DNA of 63,474 nt, from positions 1 through 63,474 of the IMG/VR virus record IMGVR_UViG_3300031754_000004. One strand, written 5' to 3'. The notes beneath the pieces were generated by a model. That model made no database searches. It saw only the letters and a list, made by a program, of their open reading frames with translations, and was not told where the DNA came from. A program made the position numbers and the translations under genes. The first letter of the stretch is position 1. Each line of letters begins with the position of its first letter. The stretch comes from a virus. Taxonomy: Duplodnaviria; Caudoviricetes. Below, piece after piece: positions 20,986-30,534 of the stretch.

Positions 20986-21407
20986 GGTTTTGTGTATCTC
21001 GCAAACAGCGAGACGTTTTGGTTATCATATTGACCTTCCAGTTGAAGGCGGGACATTTTCGCTATGATATGTCCCACTACTACTTCAACTAAATCGCCAA
21101 CACTTGTGCAAATAGCTTCTTCGCGCGCTAGACCGGGTTCAAAGCCCATTAGCGAAGTCCGATTGTGGGCTGCGTGCGTACATTCGTGGACGACTGCATT
21201 CAAATTCAGTTCGTCCAGTCGAAAATGCAATTCCGCTACGCAACCTTTGGTTCCGGGAAACGGCACGTCCCGACAACACGCAAGACATTTGGCGGACATC
21301 TTGTAATGCAACGCCCGGAACATGGCTTTCTTTGTTCGGTGGACAACAACCTCCACATGATGAGTCGAGCCCTTCTCGAAAATGGCCTTAAAGCGGAGAG
21401 CTTTCAT
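20982..21407 (-). CDS. Small HExxH metallopeptidase-like protein
   Basis: VVHECTHAA...REEA. Confidence 0.6.
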   Translation of the reverse strand: MKALRFKAIFEKGSTHHVEVVVHRTKKAMFRALHYKMSAKCLACCRDVPFPGTKGCVAELHFRLDELNLNAVVHECTHAAHNRTSLMGFEPGLAREEAICTSVGDLVEVVVGHIIAKMSRLQLEGQYDNQNVSLFARYTKP

Positions 21408-23338
21408 GTCATAAACTCCTCGGTATCGTAATCCTCAAGCGCGTGTTGCCGGCAGGTTTCATCCACCACGCAGGGCATCGGGCCGTAGTTGATGGGCCCG
21501 TACCCAACGACCGTTTCCGGTGTCACATGGTCAAGCGCCGACGGCACAACACCGAATCCTACACGCACGGCATGGAGCATAAGGGTCAAGGCATCGGCGT
21601 CGTTTGGCGAAGGGTTGTTGCGCGCCATGTACTCGTCCTTCGGCTCAACCCGATTCTGACGAGACGCATCATAGCGCCGGCCTGTGACTTGCTTTTTCAG
21701 TTGTTCATCCGCACCGAGGGTGGGAGAGAGCGCGAGAAAATTGAATTCAAGCCATTTCTTCGTGGCGAACCAAAGTTCCGACACGACCCGCACGAGTTCC
21801 TCTTTCGGAGTCTTTGAGTCCTCCTCCAAAACCTTTCTCTCCGTTGCTCCCTCGCTGTAGTTGACGCCGAGCACTTCCGGGCTCCACATATTCTTGAGCA
21901 AGTCGTGAACCCCGGCTCCATTTCCCGTCCGGTCAACCATGAGTCCCTTTGGGTCAACTTTATTTAACACACACGAGGCTCGAATTGCCGTGGCCATCTT
22001 CACGGTATCAGCGCGAGGAAATTTTTCAATCTTATCTGCCTGCAAACCCCAACGAAAAAGCGGTTTGCCGGAACAGTCTTTGAACATGACCGTTCGTCCG
22101 CGCGGAAAATTCAAACTGGGTTCCTCGCGGTATCCGACAGATTTGCCAAATCGCCCAAAGCAAATCTTGGCCGGGTCATTCCCTTCTAGGGCCACATCCA
22201 CGCCGGCGACGCGCACTGGCTCCTCGGCAAAAAGCAGCGTGCGTCGGCTGTTGATGAACAGATAATCCGAGATAACCGAATAGACCGCCCCTACGGGCGG
22301 GAAACACGCGCGCGCCATCGTCCAGTAACCGGGCGTATTCATTCCACCGGCGTTCTGAATAATACGGTCAAATCCGGTCTTGGTCTGCAAGCCGGGATAA
22401 ATCACTTGGCCAGAGATTACGTTCTCGCACTTTGCCGCATCCAACCGTACCACCGTCCAACCGCGTTTGCTCCGCCATACTTCATCCTTCTCGGCATCAA
22501 AAGCCTCCCAGCCGCCGGCAGGTTCGCACCGTTGCGAAACTTCACCTGTGGCATCCTCCGGGTTGAACGCACACAAAATCTTGACGCCGTCCACATCGTC
22601 ATCGAGGTTGGAAAATACGTTATCCACGTCTTTCCAAACACCGAGCGGAATTTTCTCCACTTCGTCCAGGAAGAACCGAATGCGCGACATGGCCCCAAGG
22701 TAGGGATGAATTTCTTTGCGCGGCACCCGTTTGCGTCCCTGTAATCGGCCTGCTGCCTTGCGGCCTACAGGAATCACGATACCCCGAATAGCGCCCTTGA
22801 GCATCCGCGAATCCAACCCGATGAATAACTCATTGACGAAACCCGGCAACGGGAGAGTGCTCTGTGCGTGCAACGTCACCAAATGCGTGAACAGGTTATC
22901 CTTCAGATGATTCTCCGAAGGCCCCACGAGATTGACATTCGTGTATTCCGGGTCGCGCACCCAGTCCAGAAGCAACCACGCGCCGGCACCATAGGACTTG
23001 CTCATCGAAGCCGCGCCCATGAGCATAATCGAGTTGTTAGTCTCAATGTTGTCCCAAACCAGATTCGTACAATGCGGGCGAGGCTCCTGATAAAATAGGC
23101 GCTTGTTCCAAATCATTGAAGCCGCCCAGTCATAATGCTTGTTGTTCAGGCACCAGTAAAACAGGGAACTACAGACCTCCATCACATCCTCGCGTTTTTC
23201 CAAATCCATTTTCAGATTGGAAAATGACGCGATGAGCCGGGCGGCATCGGTATGCTGCTCGGCATGGAGATGCCCGCTGACCTGCTTTACCAGTTCTTCA
23301 CGAGTCACAGCAATTCCTCCGGGGCCGGCTTTGGACAC
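21404..23338 (-). CDS. terL: Terminase large subunit
   Basis: Walker A variant GAASMSKS, Walker B FFLDE, coupling motif AFNP, nuclease motifs GVDVALEGND / VDRTGNG / SPNDADA. Confidence 0.9.
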   Translation of the reverse strand: MSKAGPGGIAVTREELVKQVSGHLHAEQHTDAARLIASFSNLKMDLEKREDVMEVCSSLFYWCLNNKHYDWAASMIWNKRLFYQEPRPHCTNLVWDNIETNNSIMLMGAASMSKSYGAGAWLLLDWVRDPEYTNVNLVGPSENHLKDNLFTHLVTLHAQSTLPLPGFVNELFIGLDSRMLKGAIRGIVIPVGRKAAGRLQGRKRVPRKEIHPYLGAMSRIRFFLDEVEKIPLGVWKDVDNVFSNLDDDVDGVKILCAFNPEDATGEVSQRCEPAGGWEAFDAEKDEVWRSKRGWTVVRLDAAKCENVISGQVIYPGLQTKTGFDRIIQNAGGMNTPGYWTMARACFPPVGAVYSVISDYLFINSRRTLLFAEEPVRVAGVDVALEGNDPAKICFGRFGKSVGYREEPSLNFPRGRTVMFKDCSGKPLFRWGLQADKIEKFPRADTVKMATAIRASCVLNKVDPKGLMVDRTGNGAGVHDLLKNMWSPEVLGVNYSEGATERKVLEEDSKTPKEELVRVVSELWFATKKWLEFNFLALSPTLGADEQLKKQVTGRRYDASRQNRVEPKDEYMARNNPSPNDADALTLMLHAVRVGFGVVPSALDHVTPETVVGYGPINYGPMPCVVDETCRQHALEDYDTEEFMT

Positions 23339-24280
23339 CAGACATTATGTTCTCGCACTTTGCCGCATCCAACCGTACCACCGTCCAACCGCGTTTGCTC
23401 CGCCATACTTCATCCTTCTCGGCATCAAAAGCCTCCCAGCCGCCGGCAGGTTCGCACCGTTGCGAAACTTCACCTGTGGCATCCTCCGGGTTGAACGCAC
23501 ACAAAATCTTGACGCCGTCCACATCGTCATCGAGGTTGGAAAATACGTTATCCACGTCTTTCCAAACACCGAGCGGAATTTTCTCCACTTCGTCCAGGAA
23601 GAACCGAATGCGCGACATGGCCCCAAGGTAGGGATGAATTTCTTTGCGCGGCACCCGTTTGCGTCCCTGTAATCGGCCTGCTGCCTTGCGGCCTACAGGA
23701 ATCACGATACCCCGAATAGCGCCCTTGAGCATCCGCGAATCCAACCCGATGAATAACTCATTGACGAAACCCGGCAACGGGAGAGTGCTCTGTGCGTGCA
23801 ACGTCACCAAATGCGTGAACAGGTTATCCTTCAGATGATTCTCCGAAGGCCCCACGAGATTGACATTCGTGTATTCCGGGTCGCGCACCCAGTCCAGAAG
23901 CAACCACGCGCCGGCACCATAGGACTTGCTCATCGAAGCCGCGCCCATGAGCATAATCGAGTTGTTAGTCTCAATGTTGTCCCAAACCAGATTCGTACAA
24001 TGCGGGCGAGGCTCCTGATAAAATAGGCGCTTGTTCCAAATCATTGAAGCCGCCCAGTCATAATGCTTGTTGTTCAGGCACCAGTAAAACAGGGAACTAC
24101 AGACCTCCATCACATCCTCGCGTTTTTCCAAATCCATTTTCAGATTGGAAAATGACGCGATGAGCCGGGCGGCATCGGTATGCTGCTCGGCATGGAGATG
24201 CCCGCTGACCTGCTTTACCAGTTCTTCACGAGTCACAGCAATTCCTCCGGGGCCGGCTTTGGACACCAGACATTATGTTC
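22421..24280. repeat. 928-bp tandem direct duplication
   Basis: 22421-23348 is repeated at 23349-24276; ORF translations of the two copies are identical. Confidence 0.95.
23298..24266 (-). pseudogene. Truncated duplicate of terL (ATPase half plus frameshifted tail)
   Basis: Identical to terL up to AAKCEN, then IMSGVQSRPRRNCCDS*. Confidence 0.85.
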
Positions 24281-24436
24281 GAGAAGAATCAAATGCTGTT
24301 CCTCCAAAACACCATCCAAATGTTTCCGCCACGACTCCCAATCGGTGTTCTCTCCCTTTCGATGAGCAATGGACGCAGAGCTTCGGAGGCAATCATTTGC
24401 CTTTATCAAAGCGTCCAATAACTCGTCGGTACTCAC
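24233..24436 (-). CDS. Hypothetical protein
   Basis: GTGA overlap with the upstream gene's stop. Confidence 0.55.
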   Translation of the reverse strand: MSTDELLDALIKANDCLRSSASIAHRKGENTDWESWRKHLDGVLEEQHLILLEHNVWCPKPAPEELL

Positions 24437-25140
24437 AGTTTCAATTTCTCGATAAAAGGACGCATGTTCCCTGCGCCGTTCCCGTGGAAGCAGCAGGGAT
24501 AGATTTCGGTGCCGGCGCGCTTAAACCGTTGGCGGGGGTCGTCAAATTCCAAGCCCTGCGCCTTGTCGGCGTTGCAATAGCAAAGCGTGTTCTCGTGGTC
24601 GAGCGCAATCGGCAGCCTCCCGGACAGATAAAGAAGCACCGCCGAGCCTTGGTCGCAGATAACCCGGTCGGGGAACGGCTTCTGTAATTCAACCGCCAGT
24701 TTCAACGCGCCTTCGCGGGTCGCCATCCAAAAGCCTGAATTAAGAAACCGGGAGAACCGGCCAATCGAATGCGCCGGATATTCCTCCGGCTTGATGACCG
24801 GCGGCCAGCAATACCGCTCCGATGAATATACAATCGGCGACCCGATGGCATTGAATTTCTCAATTAGCTCATCCGCACCGGCAGAATAAATCACATCGTT
24901 GCAGTCGGAGAACAAAAAGTAATCCGCATCATCATGGGCCTGAATGTATTTACCTATAGGAACGACCTTGAGATGCCACGGATGGCCCTCCTTCGGATGT
25001 CTCCGCTTGTAATCCGACCAGAGCGTGTCGTCCGCCTGAATGAATTCCAGACCGTGAGCGCGTGATGTTTTCCGCCAGTAAGGCCACCACGCATGAGTTT
25101 CATCGGCCCAAACCGACATGCACCGCAATCTCGTCGTCAT
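24433..25140 (-). CDS. Glycosyltransferase resembling the PLOD/LH3 (collagen glycosyltransferase) GT domain
   Basis: FLFSDCNDV, IVYSSERYCWP, RFLNSGFWM, CDQ, IALD and PCCFHGNG in the expected order. Confidence 0.8.
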   Translation of the reverse strand: MTTRLRCMSVWADETHAWWPYWRKTSRAHGLEFIQADDTLWSDYKRRHPKEGHPWHLKVVPIGKYIQAHDDADYFLFSDCNDVIYSAGADELIEKFNAIGSPIVYSSERYCWPPVIKPEEYPAHSIGRFSRFLNSGFWMATREGALKLAVELQKPFPDRVICDQGSAVLLYLSGRLPIALDHENTLCYCNADKAQGLEFDDPRQRFKRAGTEIYPCCFHGNGAGNMRPFIEKLKL

Positions 25141-26048
25141 ACAATTAGGGGGTCATCCAAATGATTATTAAGTTTTTGTCGCACGGAGTCGTAACTCTGC
25201 CCATAGTTGCCATTGCCCCAGTTATGCTTATACTGGTTGGGGTGCTGCCGATTCGTCCGGTCATCCACCGTTCGAGTAATGGAAAAAGCCGGGTCGGCCC
25301 ATGCCCAATGGGAACCGCGCAATGATTTGAAATCCTGCCCGTGGAGTCCCCGGATGGAGTGATGGCCGAGGTCTATTTCCAGACCGGGCCGAATTACATT
25401 CGGCTTGATATAGCCCGGATGCGGCTTGAGAACCCCGTGCCGGCGCTGCAATATGGCCGGCGCGGAACAGAAGGTTAAATCCAAGTCCCGGTCATCGCGG
25501 TGCCTATACACATTGCTGAGATGACAGGGAATCGCGCGCTGCTCGTCCGGCACCGTCGTCAGCCATTCCCGGAAGGTAACGCAGGTCGGGGCTCCCGTGG
25601 GATACACAAACTCATCGGCATCGGTCACAATGAACCAATCGAAATTGTCCTTCTCGCGCCGCAAAATATCATTCTGTGCGCCAGCCTTTGTGTCGTCCCG
25701 GAATCCGTCCGGCATGTTGAGAATCTGCACCACACACCGCGGGTCAGAATTCACAATGGCCTCAGTCGCATCTGGCGATTGGCCGAGCACTACAAAAACT
25801 TTGTTACAGAACCAATAATGGTTCAACAGGCAGCGCGCCAAAATCTCCTCGTGATACAACGAGGTCACGAGCGCAATTCTCAGTCCGTGCGCCGGCGAAT
25901 GGCTCGGAACCGGAATCGGCTGCGGCGGGGGCGGCGACGGCTGGGGATAATATGGGCCGCCCTGCCGGGTGCTCGTGCGCCGGGTGAACCCCTGCTTGGA
26001 GCCGAAGCGGCCATCAGCAATCGGAGGGTCTTTAGCGCGCCGAATCAT
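25137..26048 (-). CDS. GT-A glycosyltransferase (GT2/GT92-like) with Pro-rich N-terminus
   Basis: SLYHEE..L...LNHY, SPDAT, WFIVTDADEFV, LGHH; ATG 26048 overlaps the upstream stop. Confidence 0.75.
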   Translation of the reverse strand: MIRRAKDPPIADGRFGSKQGFTRRTSTRQGGPYYPQPSPPPPQPIPVPSHSPAHGLRIALVTSLYHEEILARCLLNHYWFCNKVFVVLGQSPDATEAIVNSDPRCVVQILNMPDGFRDDTKAGAQNDILRREKDNFDWFIVTDADEFVYPTGAPTCVTFREWLTTVPDEQRAIPCHLSNVYRHRDDRDLDLTFCSAPAILQRRHGVLKPHPGYIKPNVIRPGLEIDLGHHSIRGLHGQDFKSLRGSHWAWADPAFSITRTVDDRTNRQHPNQYKHNWGNGNYGQSYDSVRQKLNNHLDDPLIV

Positions 26049-26422
26049 GTAGCAAGCGGCTTGGGATGCTTCAGAAACCAGCGCACGTTTTTCACCCAAT
26101 AGATGTGACCACTGGGGTCAGTTTCCGAGGGGCAGTATCGGTCGGCCAGAAATGTCACAAAATCCTTGGGATAATCCGCGAGTTGCCAGTCCTTCCACGC
26201 ATGTTGAATCGTGTTGATACAGATTTCACGGGCTTCAACGCGCGAGAAGGTGAAGATGGACTTGATACCGTAAGGGTAATGTGTATTGGGGCCGCCTTCA
26301 GTCCACCAGATAGCGTTCGCATAACGGTTGAGCTCGTCCGATTTCATTGGCACCGGGAACGCGAGAGCGGTGAACGGGAACAGCAGGCCGAGAATCAGGC
26401 CCCATGATTTTGAGCGGCGCAT
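26045..26422 (-). CDS. Signal-peptide-bearing lysozyme-like protein (endolysin candidate)
   Basis: Sec-like signal ending ALA; ANAIWWTE..YPYGI; LADRYCP..WVKNV resembles the lysozyme/SLT fold. Confidence 0.55.
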   Translation of the reverse strand: MRRSKSWGLILGLLFPFTALAFPVPMKSDELNRYANAIWWTEGGPNTHYPYGIKSIFTFSRVEAREICINTIQHAWKDWQLADYPKDFVTFLADRYCPSETDPSGHIYWVKNVRWFLKHPKPLAT

Positions 26423-26426
26423 AGAT

Positions 26427-27305
26427 TTACTCCGGGCCCGGTTTTAACTGTCGTAAACCCTCACCTATGGGTTTGAAAAAATAATTGCCGACCCATTCAA
26501 CCATTCGGCGAGTATCAGCCCAAGTAAAATACTGATAGAATTCTCGCGCAGGATGGGGGACGTGTTGAATCTTGGTTTCAAACATATTTCCAAATAATTG
26601 TGCCAATTCGTTGAACGAAGTGATTGTGCCCGTGCCCACATTACAGATGCCCAGTGCCGAGGGATGACCTACGAGAGTCATTATCCGAGGAATTGCGTCG
26701 TCAATGTAGATGAAATCCTTGGACTGGCTTCCGTCGCCAAACACTACCATCGGTTTCCCCTTGCGCGCGGCCTCATAAAAATGCTGCATCGGCGCGCATT
26801 TGCCGACCTTCGTTTCGTCGCCGGGGCCGTAGATATTAAAGAAGCGCAGACCGAGGCACGGCAGACCACACGAGAGATGGTAGGAGGCCGCAATCATCTC
26901 ATTGATAATTTTCGACTTGCCATAATGGCCCTTCATGGTCTGCGGGTCAATCACATCGGTTTCGCTCTGCGGACGTAACACGTCGCCCGGATATACCGCC
27001 GAGCTACTGGCGTACACAAACTTCTTGACCTTCGCCAAGCGCGCGGCCTCGATGACATTCAAGAATCCCACGATATTTGTGGTGTAGTTGTCATACATAT
27101 TCTTGGCGAAGTCCGCCAAGGAAGTATAGGCCGCCAGATGCAGAACGTAATCACAACCCGCCGCGGCGGCTCGGACGGATTCAAAATCGTTGATGTCAAA
27201 GCCGGAGCGCGCGTCGAATGTGACGACTTCCCAACCGTATTGTTTCGCAGCCTCGACTGCATGATTTCCGACGAACCCCGATGAACCCGTGATAAGTATT
27301 TTCAT
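26427..27305 (-). CDS. NAD-dependent nucleotide-sugar epimerase/dehydratase
   Basis: ITGSSGFVG, HLAA, ASSSAVY, YGKSK (YxxxK), LRFFNIYGP, DFIYIDD. Confidence 0.93.
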   Translation of the reverse strand: MKILITGSSGFVGNHAVEAAKQYGWEVVTFDARSGFDINDFESVRAAAAGCDYVLHLAAYTSLADFAKNMYDNYTTNIVGFLNVIEAARLAKVKKFVYASSSAVYPGDVLRPQSETDVIDPQTMKGHYGKSKIINEMIAASYHLSCGLPCLGLRFFNIYGPGDETKVGKCAPMQHFYEAARKGKPMVVFGDGSQSKDFIYIDDAIPRIMTLVGHPSALGICNVGTGTITSFNELAQLFGNMFETKIQHVPHPAREFYQYFTWADTRRMVEWVGNYFFKPIGEGLRQLKPGPE

Positions 27306-27419
27306 GTCAATCTTTCCAAAGCAGTCCCACAATGATTATATCCTCTAACGAGGCTATACCCCACGGAAGAACAATCCACGGGTCATAGAAATGATACATC
27401 GTTCGTACGAACACGGCTA

Positions 27420-27611
27420 TCATCGTTTCCTCCGAACGTCTTTGGCTGTGACCCCCGCGCCTTCAGCGCTAGTTGTAGGCGTCCAGTTGGCGTAGATTGC
27501 CCGGCGCGCAGCGGCAGCCTTGGCTGGACTGGAATGATGAGACTTCACCTTGCCAGTAATTTTATTTACCAAGTTCGCGCCCTTCTTAGTGGGAACAATT
27601 TTCCAAGGCAT
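27420..27611 (-). CDS. Small basic phage protein (MPWK...GKV..H...A...RAIYAN)
   Basis: Start ATG 27611; motif resembles small phage head-module proteins. Confidence 0.6.
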   Translation of the reverse strand: MPWKIVPTKKGANLVNKITGKVKSHHSSPAKAAAARRAIYANWTPTTSAEGAGVTAKDVRRKR

Positions 27612-27615
27612 AAAC

Positions 27616-27834
27616 TTATTTATAGAGCAACACCCACAGTGACGGTGATTTCTCACACTTGCATTTCCCGGCTTCCACAATCTTCCGGCACCGATTGCAA
27701 TAGAACCCGACCATTTCGGATTCCATCGTGAACGGACACCGATGCCGCTGTGAATCGCGCGCCTTGTCCAAACGGCGAATCACCATCGCCATCAAGACGC
27801 AAAATCCCAAACCAGCAAAAGCAATGACAGCCAT
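27616..27834 (-). CDS. Membrane-anchored Cys-rich small protein
   Basis: N-terminal TM segment; CxxC...CxC...SP..W. Confidence 0.55.
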   Translation of the reverse strand: MAVIAFAGLGFCVLMAMVIRRLDKARDSQRHRCPFTMESEMVGFYCNRCRKIVEAGKCKCEKSPSLWVLLYK

Positions 27835-27838
27835 AAAA

Positions 27839-28102
27839 TTACGGGATAAGAAACGACCGTTCAAACTCCGCGCGCATCTGCTTTTGCGCGTCAAGAGGAC
27901 GAAGCTTGCCGGCAGCGGTTTTCACAAACTGCGAAAACCGTTCCCGGACAGATTCCCGGTGCCGTTCGCGTTTTAAAATTTTGAACGGTCGAGCGGAGAA
28001 GGCCAGTTTTCCGGCCCCGAAGCGAGATACAATTGGTTTGGCCCATCCCGGAGTCGATCGAGCCGGAGGAATGGGAACAGGGATTAGCGTGAATACTGCC
28101 AT
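27839..28102 (-). CDS. Basic hypothetical protein
   Basis: Tightly packed ORF. Confidence 0.5.
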   Translation of the reverse strand: MAVFTLIPVPIPPARSTPGWAKPIVSRFGAGKLAFSARPFKILKRERHRESVRERFSQFVKTAAGKLRPLDAQKQMRAEFERSFLIP

Positions 28103-28105
28103 AGA

Positions 28106-28648
28106 TTAGGTGGTTGTCAGTGTAGCTTCAAACTTCAAAAGAGGACTGGTGGATGCAAGGCCCGGAGGAATCTTCCAAAACGGGCGTCGCACAAAAAGAC
28201 TCCGACCAATGGAAGCAAAAGCTTCGAGGATTAACTCCGAGCAATATACATGCGTCCGGGTATAGTATGTTCCTTTCGGTTCCGGGATGAGCAGCCGGAC
28301 GAACGGGATATACCGCAGCACGTTGAGGTAATCATATTTCTTGCCAACACTCTTGACCAGAAATTCGCCGAGCCGTACCTCTTGTTCCAAGGTGAGCCAG
28401 TCTTTCAATGAGAATAAGTCCACCTGCACGCCGCTGTGATGGTAGTCGCTGTAACCGGCAATGTGGCACCCGCCGGCCCACGCTTCGATAACTGACCGGG
28501 GAGGTATTACGTATGTCCGGTCGCCAATGACAAGGCACGCGCCATCAGGGAAGAAAGCTGCGGTGTGGCTGTACTCCGAATCAGTGAAAAATTTTACAAT
28601 CTTACTGAGGATACCTTTTCCCCGATATTGAGCCATCCAGATTCGCAT
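28106..28648 (-). CDS. Permuted papain-like NlpC/P60 amidase (YiiX/YaeF family)
   Basis: SEYSHTAA, VIEA, GKKYDY, YCSELI (His precedes Cys). Confidence 0.85.
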   Translation of the reverse strand: MRIWMAQYRGKGILSKIVKFFTDSEYSHTAAFFPDGACLVIGDRTYVIPPRSVIEAWAGGCHIAGYSDYHHSGVQVDLFSLKDWLTLEQEVRLGEFLVKSVGKKYDYLNVLRYIPFVRLLIPEPKGTYYTRTHVYCSELILEAFASIGRSLFVRRPFWKIPPGLASTSPLLKFEATLTTT

Positions 28649-28654
28649 AAAATT

Positions 28655-28766
28655 AAAAGGACAGTGACATTCCACGGAGCTCTGTGCGTCGAGCTCTACT
28701 CAGCTTTCCAGTCCATACGAACCAGCGTGGTCAAATCTTTTTTACGTTCGCTGGTCACTGTCCGTT
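28655..28766 (-). ncRNA. Candidate structured RNA or leader (about 105 nt)
   Basis: 10-bp closing stem GGACAGTGAC/GTCACTGTCC, inner stems, a promoter upstream and TTTT downstream. Confidence 0.45.
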
Positions 28767-28772
28767 GGACGT

Positions 28773-28801
28773 ACTATGACACGAGTGGCCCTATTTGTCA
28801 A
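28773..28801 (-). promoter_or_regulatory. Sigma70-like promoter
   Basis: TTGACA-17 nt-CATAGT. Confidence 0.7.
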
Positions 28802-29051
28802 CCCAATTTTACCCGGACATTTTACCGGACATTTTGACCGCAAATTCGTGAAAAGTCCGTGGGAGTGAAGTTGCAAAATTTCTCCCCCACCAGTGAGCGA
28901 AAAGTCCCGGCCAATGTCCCCCCATCGGTTCAACGTGGCCGCCGGGGGTTGTTTTTAATGGGTCGGGGCCTGCATCGGGCCGCCGGCGAGCCGTGCCGAG
29001 GATTCCAAATCCTTAGCTCGACCGCACCAAACCCGCATGAACAAAGGAGAT

Positions 29052-29396
29052 TCAGCCGACGAGATTCACGGCTGGGCTTGCTACGGGGCCAGATACGAGG
29101 TCGGGAGCACCAGCGGCAAGCTTTTCCGAATCCAAAATTGAACCTACATTTGAGGTCGGAGGATGCGCGCGACGTTTTCGCTCGACAGCGGGGCGGATAC
29201 GGTCGTGCCATCCACGAGCGCGCGCTGCTTCTTCAAGGTGAAGCCACATAAGCGACTCAGAATGCAGCTTATATCGTTCAACGGTGGGACAAAAGCGCTT
29301 GGCCACAGCTTGAGCTTGCGTGCCGTATCGCTCGTGGAAAAATTCACAAATCGAACGAGCGCGCCGAACAGTCATCGGAGCAGCAATCCATCTCAT
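29052..29396 (-). CDS. Hypothetical protein
   Basis: ATGA overlap with the upstream gene's stop. Confidence 0.45.
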   Translation of the reverse strand: MRWIAAPMTVRRARSICEFFHERYGTQAQAVAKRFCPTVERYKLHSESLMWLHLEEAARARGWHDRIRPAVERKRRAHPPTSNVGSILDSEKLAAGAPDLVSGPVASPAVNLVG

Positions 29397-29938
29397 GCGG
29401 TCAACTGTTTCGTGACGATAGCCACAGCACCGAGGTCTTTCTCCTCCGCCGCGGCCATTGCCTTCATTACCGCCAATGCAACCGAGGAGCCGCCGCCTTT
29501 GGTGTTGTCATCCGCAGGAGCATTAGAATCGCCAAGCGCGCGCTGACTCATTACATGGCAAGCCTCAGCAGCTTTCACTAAATCCGTGAGTGGTCGGGTA
29601 TTAAACTTAGAGCCTTTCGGCGTACTTTCAGTCAATAAGTCAATCAACTGCTGCTCTTGAAGATTATTGAAGTATTGGATGATGCGGTCAACCACGTTGC
29701 GGAGCCGATGAGCTTGCACAAAGTTGACTGCCCGATTGATTTGAACCTGAAGGTCTTTGTTGTTGCCATCCCGAAGCTCATTCCACTCTTTGATTTTTTC
29801 TGTCCATTGCTCGCTCTCCGCCAGCTTCCGGACATCCTCGCGCGGCATATCAATCGCCGCGGCGGTACGGTCAATGTCGCCATTGAACGTGATATACGTT
29901 TGGAACACCTTCGCTACGTCAATCAAGCGTTTATCCAT
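29393..29938 (-). CDS. Putative terminase small subunit
   Basis: N-terminal HTH-like segment ending in W, followed by a helical oligomerisation-like region; near the start of the late operon. Confidence 0.5.
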   Translation of the reverse strand: MDKRLIDVAKVFQTYITFNGDIDRTAAAIDMPREDVRKLAESEQWTEKIKEWNELRDGNNKDLQVQINRAVNFVQAHRLRNVVDRIIQYFNNLQEQQLIDLLTESTPKGSKFNTRPLTDLVKAAEACHVMSQRALGDSNAPADDNTKGGGSSVALAVMKAMAAAEEKDLGAVAIVTKQLTA

Positions 29939-30362
29939 GTTAGTTTGTGGAATGATGAACCGCTTTGTAAAAGGCCATGAGAACCTCGCCGGGAGCGCCT
30001 TTGTGGACTGAGTATAACCGCCAGAATGAACGATGGTACGACGCCGCGCGCGTTACAATCCAGTTTGGACGTTTACCGGGCCCGGACAACCACGCCAAGT
30101 TAGGACTGAGCCTGATTAGCCTGTCCTGATAACTGGCGCTGGCGGAATTCGATTCGGTCTTGCTCGCGCTTGCGTTTGTGAGCACTGGCGCGGAGGGCCC
30201 GGAGGTCGGCGGGCATGTTGGCATAAAGGGGATGTTTGGACTCTTTCTTCGTCGTGTTTGTGTTCACCGTTGCGGACTGCACACCGTAATATGGCCGGCG
30301 ACCACTCAAAAAGCAACCGGCGCACTTCCAGAAAAACCGGGGCCGCCGGTGGGAAATAAAGT

Positions 30363-30533
30363 CAAAGAAGTAAAGAGGTCAAGAGGAACGTAAGGAAATA
30401 ATCTCTCTATAGAGTGACACTTTATACTACATTTTCTCTATTTTATACTAAATTCAGACCTTCACATTTACATATAGTGCCTTCTATAGAGAGATTATTT
30501 CCTTACATTCCTCTTGACCTCTTTACTTCTTTG
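30363..30533. repeat. 51-bp inverted repeat (50/51 match) around a 69-bp AT-rich spacer; putative replication origin
   Basis: Arms at 30363-30413 and 30483-30533, located at the transcription strand switch. Confidence 0.85.
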
Positions 30534-30534
30534 C

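Noticed and set aside
22421-24280. Diversity-generating retroelement TR/VR pair
   Set aside because: Copies appear identical with no adenine-specific differences, and no reverse transcriptase is encoded.
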